Below are positions 21,357 to 31,147 of a stretch of 64,000 bases of DNA, piece by piece (the stretch's first letter is position 1; every line of letters starts with the position of its first letter). The notes beneath the pieces are model-generated. The model had not been told where the DNA came from, made no database searches, and saw only the letters and a list, made by a program, of their open reading frames with translations. Both the position numbers and the translations under genes were made by a program. The stretch is from a virus. Its lineage: Duplodnaviria; Caudoviricetes. The stretch lies in IMG/VR virus record IMGVR_UViG_3300028048_000042; one strand, given 5' to 3'.

Positions 21357-21551
21357 GGATAAAAGCAGGGAAAAATAACCCCTGCTTTTTGTTTATTTAC
21401 AATAAGGTAAATTCCTAAATAATCAGACAATTTAGGAATTTATATAAAGAATACAATAAAAAGTAACGACATACAAATAAAAAACTTGAATTCTTTTGCG
21501 AAAGATGTTACAATATAGGTAAAGAAAAATACATAACAGGAGGTAATTAAA

Positions 21552-21797
21552 ATGACTAAAAACATTAATGTTCGAGGATTAAGAGAAATATTAAGGAAGT
21601 TTGATGAAGATGGCTACCATGTGCAAGCTACTCATTGGTCTATTGGTAGAGGTGGATATGACCTTCAATGGGAATTATATTATGACGGAATCCCTGTTGT
21701 TGATTGTGTAGATGATGAAATTTCGAATCTTTGTTTATCAGAAAAAGATTTCAAACGAATAGCAAAAATCATTCGTGAGGAATATTCCATACGCTAA
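21552..21797 (+). CDS. hypothetical protein
   Basis: AGGAGG RBS. Confidence 0.7.
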   Translation: MTKNINVRGLREILRKFDEDGYHVQATHWSIGRGGYDLQWELYYDGIPVVDCVDDEISNLCLSEKDFKRIAKIIREEYSIR

Positions 21798-21921
21798 AAA
21801 AATCTTAAAATTTTTCAAAATAAGTATTGACATGCACGCAGAACAATGGTATAATATAATTAAAGATAAGGGATAAAACAAATCCCACAAAGTGTGTTTT
21901 AACCAATAGGAGGTAGTCAAA

Positions 21922-22023
21922 ATGAACAAGAACTCAAAGACCATCAAAGTTGCCAACATGAGCAAGGACGAATTTCGTAAACTGATTCAGACTTTGCAGG
22001 AAGTCGCCCATTTCAGCAAATAA
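21922..22023 (+). CDS. 33-aa peptide MNKNSKTIKVANMSKDEFRKLIQTLQEVAHFSK
   Basis: promoter and AGGAGG RBS. Confidence 0.6.
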   Translation: MNKNSKTIKVANMSKDEFRKLIQTLQEVAHFSK

Positions 22024-22046
22024 CAATCAAAAGGGAGGTAATTAAA

Positions 22047-22154
22047 ATGAAGGTTCAATACATTAACAAAAATTGGAATACCATCAATTATCGTTACCGC
22101 CGTATCAAAGCAATTCTTAAAGCAACGTTGCTGACGAAAACAGTTACCGCTTGA
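22047..22154 (+). CDS. 35-aa basic peptide MKVQYINKNWNTINYRYRRIKAILKATLLTKTVTA
   Basis: GGGAGG RBS; terminator follows. Confidence 0.6.
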   Translation: MKVQYINKNWNTINYRYRRIKAILKATLLTKTVTA

Positions 22155-22292
22155 TTGAAAGGGGAGGAAATTCCTCCCTTTTTTATTTTAATCAGTATGC
22201 GATATTTTTTAAAAAAAGTATTGACATATATATATAATTATGATATTATAATAATGTAAACAAAAACAAATACCCAATAGGAGGTAATTGAA

Positions 22293-22601
22293 ATGAAATG
22301 TGTAGTTTGCGGAAAAGAAATTAAAGAATCCATGTTTAGTGATGATGTTATTTGTAGCCATGATTGCTTTACCAAGCACTTTTGGGAAAAAACGCTTGAT
22401 AAAAAAGCCATTATCATTAATGGAGAATGTTACCATATCGGTGAGGAAAGTGGTAGATATTGTGGCGTTGGTGGTGCTAAATATACCATTAAAAAGCATA
22501 ATGGAAAAATCGTAGAAACAACGCATCTTTGGCAAAGCGGAACTATCCCTAAAGAATTCTATAAAGGGGATAATGCTGAATTTGTTTGGAATCGTAAATA
22601 A
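22293..22601 (+). CDS. Zn-binding protein, close paralog of 20825-21139
   Basis: obvious protein and DNA similarity. Confidence 0.8.
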   Translation: MKCVVCGKEIKESMFSDDVICSHDCFTKHFWEKTLDKKAIIINGECYHIGEESGRYCGVGGAKYTIKKHNGKIVETTHLWQSGTIPKEFYKGDNAEFVWNRK

Positions 22602-22616
22602 TTGGAGGGAAACAAA

Positions 22617-22886
22617 ATGAGAATCAAACATTGGCAGGGATATGGAATTATCAACGCTTTTCGTATTAAAGATAGGTCAGCTACACTTCATATTCAAGTA
22701 AAGGGAAATCATGAATATGGTATTGAATGTCCTACGCATATTGTTTATGATTGGCTTGTTCGTAGATTTGACAAAAGTTTTGACAGTCAATCAGAATGGG
22801 AGAAACGTTATCCAAAGATTGAAACGAAAAGCAGTTATGATTATGAAAAGCATGAAGATGTTTGCGATTATTACTTTTACTATTGA
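22617..22886 (+). CDS. hypothetical phage protein
   Basis: GGAGG RBS. Confidence 0.7.
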   Translation: MRIKHWQGYGIINAFRIKDRSATLHIQVKGNHEYGIECPTHIVYDWLVRRFDKSFDSQSEWEKRYPKIETKSSYDYEKHEDVCDYYFYY

Positions 22887-23104
22887 AAAGTTATCAATCA
22901 AGAACTAACTGAGTTTAACACAAGCAGGGAAAACAATCCCTGCTTATTGTTTATTCACAAGAAAGTAAATTCCTAAACTTTCAGACTATTTAGGAATTTG
23001 TATAAAAAACATTCTCAAAAAAAAGTATTGACATATATATACCGTTCTGTTATAATAGAATCATAGAGAAAAGATAACGAATAGATGTTATGGAGGTATT
23101 TATC

Positions 23105-23476
23105 ATGAAAATCACTCGTTCAGAAATCAAAACCGAAGTTAGCTATGAGGTTCGTTTTTTTGTTGATAAAAACGGTGGCTATGGTTTCCCTTGTGATGAA
23201 TATGGGAACATTTTGAAAGATGAAATGACTAAGCAGGCTATCGAAAACTATGAATGGTGTCTGAGTAGGGAAGAAGAATTTCCTTACCTTTTCAATGATG
23301 TTGTGAAAAAAACGCATACTTACCGTGAACCTGCTCATGGCACTTGCAAATGCGGTGAGGAAGTTTATATGGTTAATGATTATATGGGAGCAGTACAATG
23401 CCCTAAATGCGGTCAGTGGTATAATTTGTTCGGACAAGAACTTCTTCCTCCTGAACAGTGGGAAGAAGATTATTAA
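23105..23476 (+). CDS. Zn-ribbon protein (CKCG...CPKCG...YNLFGQEL)
   Basis: RBS; Cys motifs. Confidence 0.75.
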   Translation: MKITRSEIKTEVSYEVRFFVDKNGGYGFPCDEYGNILKDEMTKQAIENYEWCLSREEEFPYLFNDVVKKTHTYREPAHGTCKCGEEVYMVNDYMGAVQCPKCGQWYNLFGQELLPPEQWEEDY

Positions 23477-23547
23477 GAGGGAAGCAGGTCATTAAGACCT
23501 GCATGGTTACAAAGTTGATTAAGATAATGTTTTGGAGGTTGATTAAA

Positions 23548-23730
23548 ATGACAATGGAACAGGTAGCAAAACAGTTGTTTGATGGTATGGAAATGCAATA
23601 CGAACACGAAAAAACGTTTATTTTGGAACGTTTGGAAGAATTGCGAAAAGAGCATAATTGGACGATTGAGCAATTAAATGAATATTGTTGGGAGGATTCC
23701 ACTAGAGCATTTGATTACATTTTTGGTTGA
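23548..23730 (+). CDS. small hypothetical protein
   Basis: GGAGG RBS; terminator follows. Confidence 0.65.
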   Translation: MTMEQVAKQLFDGMEMQYEHEKTFILERLEELRKEHNWTIEQLNEYCWEDSTRAFDYIFG

Positions 23731-24055
23731 TGCTTGTAGACCTTAATAGTGAAAATCTATTAAGGTTTTTTATTTTTGGTATTGACATACATATCAATCC
23801 TTGGTATAATATACTTGTAAATGATATTACATTAACAAATGGGGAAGGTGAAAAACACCTTCCTTTTTTATGTTCAAAAAGATTACCAATCCTTCGGATT
23901 ATCTATTCTTCTAATTCCTAAATTTTCAGACTATTTAGGAATTAGTCACAAGCCACTCATTCAAAATTTTTCATAACATATATCAAAAATACTTGACTTT
24001 TCTCTTATTTGTGTTATAATGTACTTGAAAATAATCTCAACAGGGGGTAATTGAA

Positions 24056-24322
24056 ATGAAAACGAAAATTGCTTATATTACAAAAGATGATAAAATGTTT
24101 TTTAATAAATCCGAAGCTATTGAGCACGAAGCTAAACTGTTTGGATTGACTGTTGATGAATACCATACGCTTAAAAAGTTGGAACAGATTGAACGTGATT
24201 GTTCTTTTGCAATCTCACATAGCAAAAATGAGGAAACGGAAAAGGCTTTTGATAAAGCTATTAATGATGTTATAATTTTCAGAAAAGCCCATAACCTTGA
24301 TGAAACGGATAACCTTATTTAA
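24056..24322 (+). CDS. hypothetical protein
   Basis: promoter and RBS. Confidence 0.7.
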   Translation: MKTKIAYITKDDKMFFNKSEAIEHEAKLFGLTVDEYHTLKKLEQIERDCSFAISHSKNEETEKAFDKAINDVIIFRKAHNLDETDNLI

Positions 24323-24337
24323 CAGAGGTGGACAAAA

Positions 24338-25288
24338 ATGGATATTATCGAGGTTTCTGAATTAGCTAAACGCTACTTTGAAAACATTGATTTGTTAGCA
24401 AAAAATCATTTTACCCATTGCAATCCTTGTTTTAAAAATATGAAACTAACGTTTGCTACAACCAACTTAGAACAAAGTACCGCAGTTGATTATATTAACA
24501 AATGTGGATTTACACATGGCGAAATAATTTGCAAAACAATTACATTGTCGGAAGAAGATAAAGTCAAATATCGTAAACAAGATTTGCAGATATATGAATT
24601 GGCATTTGCCAATATTAACAAAAAACTAAATACGAACTATACAATTATGAATTTTCCTTTTATGCCTAACAAGCATGATGTAAATAATGCTATTCGTCTA
24701 TTTAGAAAACGTTTGGTTACAAATGGATTCTTAAATGCTAAATATCGCCTTGAATACAAGGTAAATATGTATGTTGATTCTGAAATTGTAAATTTCGGTT
24801 CTTATGCAATTTGCCTTGATGAATTTGGCACACCGATTGATGATACATATCTAATATTAAATAGCGACAGTTGGTTTCTTAATAAAATGTCTGATTTGGA
24901 CGTTGATTATGATGAACGTTTACAGGCTAGTTGTGTAATTAAACTATTTAATGAGTTTATCTATTTTGCGTTACAAATGATGAACTGTAACAATGTGGTG
25001 GTTGATGTTCCTAAAAAACACAATCATATACATAAGAAAAAACATAAAAAGAATACTCATTATACTGTTACAATTGTCCCTTATGGCAATAGAAAACGTT
25101 ATGTAGGGGAAACTATACATACAGGCGATAAGCGTGCCTTACACAAGCGCAGAGGTCATTTCAAGGACTATACAAAGGGTAAAGGTCTGTTTGGCAGATT
25201 GAAAGGTATCTATTGGTTTGAGGAACTTGTGGCAGGTTCACTTAATGAAGGTCTTTCCACAAAAGATTATAAAGTTACTTTTTCATAA
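24338..25288 (+). CDS. phage protein with C-terminal HxRRGH motif
   Basis: ALHKRRGHFKDY...GIYW motif; 316 aa. Confidence 0.75.
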   Translation: MDIIEVSELAKRYFENIDLLAKNHFTHCNPCFKNMKLTFATTNLEQSTAVDYINKCGFTHGEIICKTITLSEEDKVKYRKQDLQIYELAFANINKKLNTNYTIMNFPFMPNKHDVNNAIRLFRKRLVTNGFLNAKYRLEYKVNMYVDSEIVNFGSYAICLDEFGTPIDDTYLILNSDSWFLNKMSDLDVDYDERLQASCVIKLFNEFIYFALQMMNCNNVVVDVPKKHNHIHKKKHKKNTHYTVTIVPYGNRKRYVGETIHTGDKRALHKRRGHFKDYTKGKGLFGRLKGIYWFEELVAGSLNEGLSTKDYKVTFS

Positions 25289-25367
25289 AAAAAATGCTTG
25301 ACATACATTCATATATATGTTATTATAACAATGTAAACAAAAACAAAACATTATGGAGGTCTTACTT

Positions 25368-25601
25368 ATGAAAAAGTTGTATGTAGAAGCCACAGAGGTT
25401 GTTAATTGGAAGGGTTATATTGAAGTGCCTGACGATTTCGATTTGGAAAAAGCAAAAGAGGAAGAAAACAGATTTTCAAATAGCTCTTGGATTTCTGATG
25501 ATGCTTTGAACGAATATCTTTTGGAAGCACAGGACAACACCATGTTCGTGGCAGATTGTGATGGTATGATTCTTCGACACATTGATGAAGAAGAAAGATA
25601 A
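25368..25601 (+). CDS. small acidic protein
   Basis: promoter and GGAGG RBS. Confidence 0.7.
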   Translation: MKKLYVEATEVVNWKGYIEVPDDFDLEKAKEEENRFSNSSWISDDALNEYLLEAQDNTMFVADCDGMILRHIDEEER

Positions 25602-25837
25602 AACATATCTTATCAGAACAAAAAAGAGACAGGGATTTAACCACCTGTCTTTTTTTTGTTCTACACATTATACAAATTCCTAAAAATTCAGACAATTTAG
25701 GAATTTTTTCTAATAAAATTAAACAAAAAGTTTTTCACAACATACGCTTGCATTTTATATTTTTCTGTGATATAATGAACACATAAGGTTAAGAGATGCT
25801 TTGTAGAAAATCAACTACCATATAGGAGGTAATTAAA

Positions 25838-26104
25838 ATGAATATGATTAGTTGTTGGGAAAAGATGTTGACTTTGATTTCACCATTGGAAAATGGAGAT
25901 ATTGAAGAAGGAAAAACTATATTCCTTGATGAAAGTTTTACGGAGTTTTTGGACTTTTGTAAGGAGAAAGGTTGTTTCCCTACGGAAGATGTATTTACGG
26001 TTATTCGTTACGGCGTATGTGATTATGAAGATGGAGACAGTAATTATTCCGAGGAAAACTATGAACGTAAAAATCAGCTTTTGAACGTTTTGTTTGATGA
26101 ATAA
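25838..26104 (+). CDS. acidic hypothetical protein
   Basis: AGGAGG RBS. Confidence 0.7.
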   Translation: MNMISCWEKMLTLISPLENGDIEEGKTIFLDESFTEFLDFCKEKGCFPTEDVFTVIRYGVCDYEDGDSNYSEENYERKNQLLNVLFDE

Positions 26105-26136
26105 ATACCAACATTTGATATTGGGAGGTAAGTACA

Positions 26137-26295
26137 ATGACTTATGAAAATGCGAAGAACCTTCACAACGAAGATGAAGTGGTTGTAAAGAAAACAGGTG
26201 CAATTATGCAGGTAGTAGAAACTACTGTATTCAATGATTTCGTGGAAGTTATGTTGGAAGATGGCAACACCTATCGTCACGATGAATTGAAATAA
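26137..26295 (+). CDS. 52-aa protein MTYENAKNLHNEDEVVVKKTG...RHDELK
   Basis: GGGAGG RBS; below ORF-track cutoff. Confidence 0.65.
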   Translation: MTYENAKNLHNEDEVVVKKTGAIMQVVETTVFNDFVEVMLEDGNTYRHDELK

Positions 26296-26354
26296 TTATG
26301 ATTTTAACAAAATATAGTATTGACAATTAACTCTTGTTTGTGATATAATTAAAA

Positions 26355-26678
26355 CATAAAGAATCACATTTGAAAGGTGGTGAATGACAATGTTGAAATA
26401 CGCAGTTATGCGAAAACTTTTCAAGATGGCAATAGTCGGCTTTCGTTAGTTATCTTAACTGAATTTACAACGATTATTTAATTAAAAAATTTAACTAATA
26501 TTTAAGAGAAAGACAGGGAATACTCGGCAATTGTCGAAAGCCTTGTATCGTCCCTGCTCTTTGATGATTTTCTGAACAACAAATGGTTCAACCGTAACTC
26601 CCATTTGTTATCTGAAATGACTAACTGTATATATCTGAATCATAAGAAAGACAGGAACTCAACCGCCTGTCTTTTTTT
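26355..26678 (+). ncRNA. candidate structured RNA cassette
   Basis: promoter at 26320-26349 and terminator at 26647-26678 enclose no ORF longer than about 20 aa; several hairpins. Confidence 0.35.
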
Positions 26679-26826
26679 ATACTTTACATTAAATAAATTC
26701 CTAAATTTTCAAACTATTTAGGAATTTATAGAATCATTTAAGATGTTCTTGGAGTTAAAAAATATTGACTGAGTATATTGTTTATTGTATAATAAGATTA
26801 GAATAATAAAAAAGAGGGAAATTCTA

Positions 26827-27024
26827 ATGGGGAAATTCAAAAGTTGCGAAAATTGCAAACACGCTCAAATTGATTGGTTTGGATTTTGGTTCGGTAGTGG
26901 GCCTTTTTTTTATCAATTTGAATGTAATGCAAAAAATATATGTGATATGAAATCTCGTGATGAAATATATGAGGAAACGAATTGCGATAAATGGCAAGAT
27001 TGTGAAATGGATAATTCACATTAA
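26827..27024 (+). CDS. small Cys-rich protein
   Basis: GAGGG RBS; CENC...C...C. Confidence 0.6.
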   Translation: MGKFKSCENCKHAQIDWFGFWFGSGPFFYQFECNAKNICDMKSRDEIYEETNCDKWQDCEMDNSH

Positions 27025-27113
27025 ATTCTATTTCGTAAAAAAAAGTATTGACAAAGCACATTATTTTTGATACAATATAACCATAAAGGAACACCTAATA
27101 GGAGGTAATAAAA

Positions 27114-28190
27114 ATGGATATTAAAAATTTGGCGCAATTCTTAAACAATGGCAATGATAAGGTTTTACAGGTAGAATATGACGGACGACTTCGCCTATTC
27201 GTTAAAATCGTTGATGAAAAAACACAAAGCGTTGATGTTTTTTGTGGGACTTTTGGGACAAGAGAATCAAACCATACTTTAAAGAAATGTTTTACGTTCT
27301 TCCCTAAAAAAAATACCATTGTGTTTGTTGATGGGCTTCCGCATGAAATGTTTATTTTGTATGGATTTGACGATAAAAATATAATGGAACTTTTGAAAGA
27401 ACAAGGATTTGTTTGCACCACTTTTAAGGACTTGACAAAGGAATTGGTAAACAAATATACAGACTATGTTAAAACAAGTCTTATGAAAAAATATCCAACG
27501 TTTGAATCCCTTAAAGAACAGTACGACCAACATTATAATGAGGATTGGTATAACTCGCAAGCTAAACAGTATCTTATGGCAAAAAAAGAACCTACATTAA
27601 TAATTGATATTCCGTCCTCTATTCAACAAAGCAATGAGGGTTTGTTAATTGATATTTGGGCAAATGATAATGTGCAGACAGCCGTAGAGATATATGCTGA
27701 ACGAATGGAAAGTCAGAATATCCAATTGTTGTTTTCATACTATGCAATGTTAAAAGCAATGAAGGACAACAAACTGACAAATGAAGAAAAAGAAGCATCT
27801 GACAAAGCAAATAAAATCTTGAATTTTGTCAAAATCAATAAAGCAAAATCCGTTACTATGGTATATGACACTGCGGAAATGCTTGCAAAAGCCAATGAAA
27901 TTGTCAACTGTGATGATTTTGAAACAAAACATCGTTATGGCTATCAGTCAAGCATGAAACAAATTTTAAGCTATTTGAAAGAACATAATGAAATTGAATT
28001 TAAAGTAAAAAACGAATACGGAGATATTGTTAAATCTAGCACCACTGATTTTTTAAGTACATATAATACCAATTTAAGTTCTATATTTAGGTTGGGAAGA
28101 TATGATTCGTTCCCTATTGAAATTGCGAAAATGTTTGGAAACCCAAAATACATGAAAGATTGTCTGTATCGAGGTAAATCTATTCTGTGA
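27114..28190 (+). CDS. hypothetical protein (358 aa)
   Basis: promoter, RBS, terminator. Confidence 0.8.
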   Translation: MDIKNLAQFLNNGNDKVLQVEYDGRLRLFVKIVDEKTQSVDVFCGTFGTRESNHTLKKCFTFFPKKNTIVFVDGLPHEMFILYGFDDKNIMELLKEQGFVCTTFKDLTKELVNKYTDYVKTSLMKKYPTFESLKEQYDQHYNEDWYNSQAKQYLMAKKEPTLIIDIPSSIQQSNEGLLIDIWANDNVQTAVEIYAERMESQNIQLLFSYYAMLKAMKDNKLTNEEKEASDKANKILNFVKINKAKSVTMVYDTAEMLAKANEIVNCDDFETKHRYGYQSSMKQILSYLKEHNEIEFKVKNEYGDIVKSSTTDFLSTYNTNLSSIFRLGRYDSFPIEIAKMFGNPKYMKDCLYRGKSIL

Positions 28191-28427
28191 TTAACATTGA
28201 TAAATGGGTAGGTGAGAAATCACCTGCCTTTTTATTTGCTCAAAACTGCTATATAAATTCCTAAATTTTCAAACTATTTAGGAATTTATATAATTATTTT
28301 TTTAAAAATTTTTTTAAAAAAAAATGTATAAACATGGTTGACATATACTCAATTTTTTGATACAATAAAGTCATGAGGTTGAGACATACCTTATAGAAAA
28401 TCAACTACCATGTAGGAGGTAATTAAA

Positions 28428-28781
28428 ATGATTTTTTGGGTAAAGGATTTGGAAAACCACGATACGATTTATTATGGCGAAGATAAACGAGAAATGAGAA
28501 AGGCAATTCGGTCTTATGCGGAGCAGGTCGAAGGTATGGAGTTCTTAGATTACTCTATTGCAAAAATCGAACCAATTGGTTTAAATGCAAAGGAAATAAA
28601 AAACGTCCTCAGTTATACAGTAAGGGATTGGGATAAGCCGAAAGGACAGAAAACCTTGTTTTATAAAGGTACTTCCTTGAAGGAAGCAAAGGAAATTGCA
28701 AAGAAACACAATCTTGACCGCATCAACAGATGGACAATTATGGAATGTGTTTGTAATCACACCATGACATATACATTCTAA
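28428..28781 (+). CDS. hypothetical protein
   Basis: promoter, RBS, terminator. Confidence 0.75.
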   Translation: MIFWVKDLENHDTIYYGEDKREMRKAIRSYAEQVEGMEFLDYSIAKIEPIGLNAKEIKNVLSYTVRDWDKPKGQKTLFYKGTSLKEAKEIAKKHNLDRINRWTIMECVCNHTMTYTF

Positions 28782-28973
28782 ACAAAGAGGGGAGAAATCC
28801 CCTCTTTTATTTTCTTCATATTTATATAAATTCCTAAATTTTCAAACTATTTAGGAATTTACCCAATTATTATCGCAAAATTTTTTTCAATAAATATAAA
28901 AAAACACTTGTATTTACATGCGTGAAATGTTATAATTAGATTATAGAAAAACACCTAACAGGAGGGAATTGAA

Positions 28974-30044
28974 ATGTCGAATAACAAATTTGATGAACGC
29001 TTTACAAATGCCTTGGAAGAACTCTCAGAATCCTTATTGAAAGTGGCTCAGTTATGTGATGATGAAACACATGGCGAAGATTTTAATACAGAAATCCTTG
29101 CTATTAAACTAGGTCACTTGTGGGGTAAACCGCTTGATGAAATGGCAGGAGATATAAAGGACGTTGTAGAAGAAATGAGAAATAAACTTATTGAAACAAA
29201 AATGAAAAAGATTGAGTTGGCAAAAATGTTTATGCAACCATACATTACTTTGAAAAAAGTAACGTCTATAAAAAACACAATTAATGGAAACGAATGTTTT
29301 TCTGTCGTACTTACGCATCAACGTGCGTTTTCCAACATGTTCGGAATTACAGATGAAGATGTGCAAAAAGGTTGTTATAGATTCTTGGTTAAAAATCCTT
29401 TTGAGGTCTTTCAAGCTACTTATAATGGCGTGGATATGATATATACCTATAATACAGAAAAGAATGAATACGTGCCTGTATGCTCTTGTGATGAATTGAA
29501 AACGAATGACGAACTTGCCGAAAAACTCAAACATTATTTGACTTTGAATGAAACCTTTGGCGATACTACAAAAATTTTGGAAAACTCTTTTGAAAATCCA
29601 CACGATGTTGATTTGTTGATTAAACAGGGAGATAATGAAATCGTTTGTAGTGCTATTCCTTTTTGCTATCCTGTGGGAAGATTTTTAGTGCCTGTTCGTG
29701 CTGACAATGAAAATGGTTTTGTGCTGACGGATGTGCCTTTTGAATATTCATTTTATCGCACAAGTTATTCCGATAAGGCTAGTTATGTTGTAGTGCCAAA
29801 AAATACACCAATTTTCTTTGAAACTACTTTTTACAGTGATTGCAAGTGCCTTGAGTATTTTTCGAATCAACATTTAACAGTTAAATTCTTTGAGTCTAAT
29901 ATAGAACGTTCTTATAATAGTCTTGGTGAATTTGTGAAAGATAAGCAGGTTGTTGAGATTTGCAAAAACAATGCCTTAGATAAATTAACTCTGATTGACC
30001 CCAAAGCAAAAGACACAAAAGTTTTTATGGTTGGGGAGGTATAA
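28974..30044 (+). CDS. hypothetical protein (356 aa)
   Basis: promoter, RBS, terminator. Confidence 0.8.
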   Translation: MSNNKFDERFTNALEELSESLLKVAQLCDDETHGEDFNTEILAIKLGHLWGKPLDEMAGDIKDVVEEMRNKLIETKMKKIELAKMFMQPYITLKKVTSIKNTINGNECFSVVLTHQRAFSNMFGITDEDVQKGCYRFLVKNPFEVFQATYNGVDMIYTYNTEKNEYVPVCSCDELKTNDELAEKLKHYLTLNETFGDTTKILENSFENPHDVDLLIKQGDNEIVCSAIPFCYPVGRFLVPVRADNENGFVLTDVPFEYSFYRTSYSDKASYVVVPKNTPIFFETTFYSDCKCLEYFSNQHLTVKFFESNIERSYNSLGEFVKDKQVVEICKNNALDKLTLIDPKAKDTKVFMVGEV

Positions 30045-30267
30045 ATAAAATTAAGACAGGGAGTAAAATCCCTGTCTGTTTTTTTTGTTATTTAATAATT
30101 CAAATTCCTAAATTTTCTGATAATTTATGAATTTGATTGGACACCTTTTTTGAAAAATCTTTTCAAAAAAAATTATTGACATATATATAATCATCTGCTA
30201 TAATATAATCAAAGGTTGAGAGAAAAATAACTCAACGAAAAAGTTTCTACAACAGGAGGAAATCACC

Positions 30268-30561
30268 ATGAAAATGAACATCAACAATGCAGGAGACTTC
30301 GTGAAGGACGCTTTTCTGAATGGCTATCTGAAAGCCTTACAGGATTTGGCTGATTGGGAGATTAACCATCTCGACCAAGATGATTCCAATGCAGTAAAAG
30401 AGTGGGACAATAACTACGCTGTTAGGGTTGTTATGAGAGGTAAAATCCTCGGTATCAGTGAGGAAACGTCCAACGAGAATTATGCCAAAGTCCTTGAAGC
30501 CAAGGTCAATGCAATGGCTACTCCGTGGAAAGAATACAACGTTGATGTCGTGGTCGCTTAA
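30268..30561 (+). CDS. hypothetical protein
   Basis: promoter, RBS, terminator. Confidence 0.75.
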   Translation: MKMNINNAGDFVKDAFLNGYLKALQDLADWEINHLDQDDSNAVKEWDNNYAVRVVMRGKILGISEETSNENYAKVLEAKVNAMATPWKEYNVDVVVA

Positions 30562-30802
30562 CTGACAAGTCATATAATCTGAGGGGGAGAAATCCCCTTC
30601 TTTTGCGTTCGTTTTTTTTTGCAGCATATCTGTATAAATTCCTAAATAGTCTGAACATTTAGGAATTTAATTAAGCACCTTTAAAAAAAACCTTTTATTT
30701 TTTTAAAAAATGTATTGACATACATACAAAATTTTGGTACAATATATTTGTAAGGTTGAGAGATACCTAAGAAATAAAATTACCCAATAGGAGGAATTTA
30801 AC

Positions 30803-31147
30803 ATGTTAGAATTTGTAAAGGTAGAAGAAAAGGAAAGTCGTTTTTTTGAAGGTGCAATTACAGAGGTTTTTGAAAGCCATAATAAGCTGAATGGTAGAAC
30901 GTACCTGTTTGAAATAACCACTGATGATAATATCGCTAGTGTATCGGTGTTGCGTTTGCGCAAAGGGAGTAAGTTCCTGTATGACCAAACTTATATCCTC
31001 GACAAAATATCCTTCAATTATGATGATAACGCCGATAAAAAGCGTATGAGAGAAATATTGCTTCGGAATTGCATCAAAAAATACGCTACATATAAGAGCG
31101 ACCTGTATCAGTTCTTCTCTTTGACATTGGCTAATATCGCTTATTAA
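30803..31147 (+). CDS. hypothetical protein (last cassette of the array)
   Basis: promoter, RBS, terminator. Confidence 0.75.
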   Translation: MLEFVKVEEKESRFFEGAITEVFESHNKLNGRTYLFEITTDDNIASVSVLRLRKGSKFLYDQTYILDKISFNYDDNADKKRMREILLRNCIKKYATYKSDLYQFFSLTLANIAY

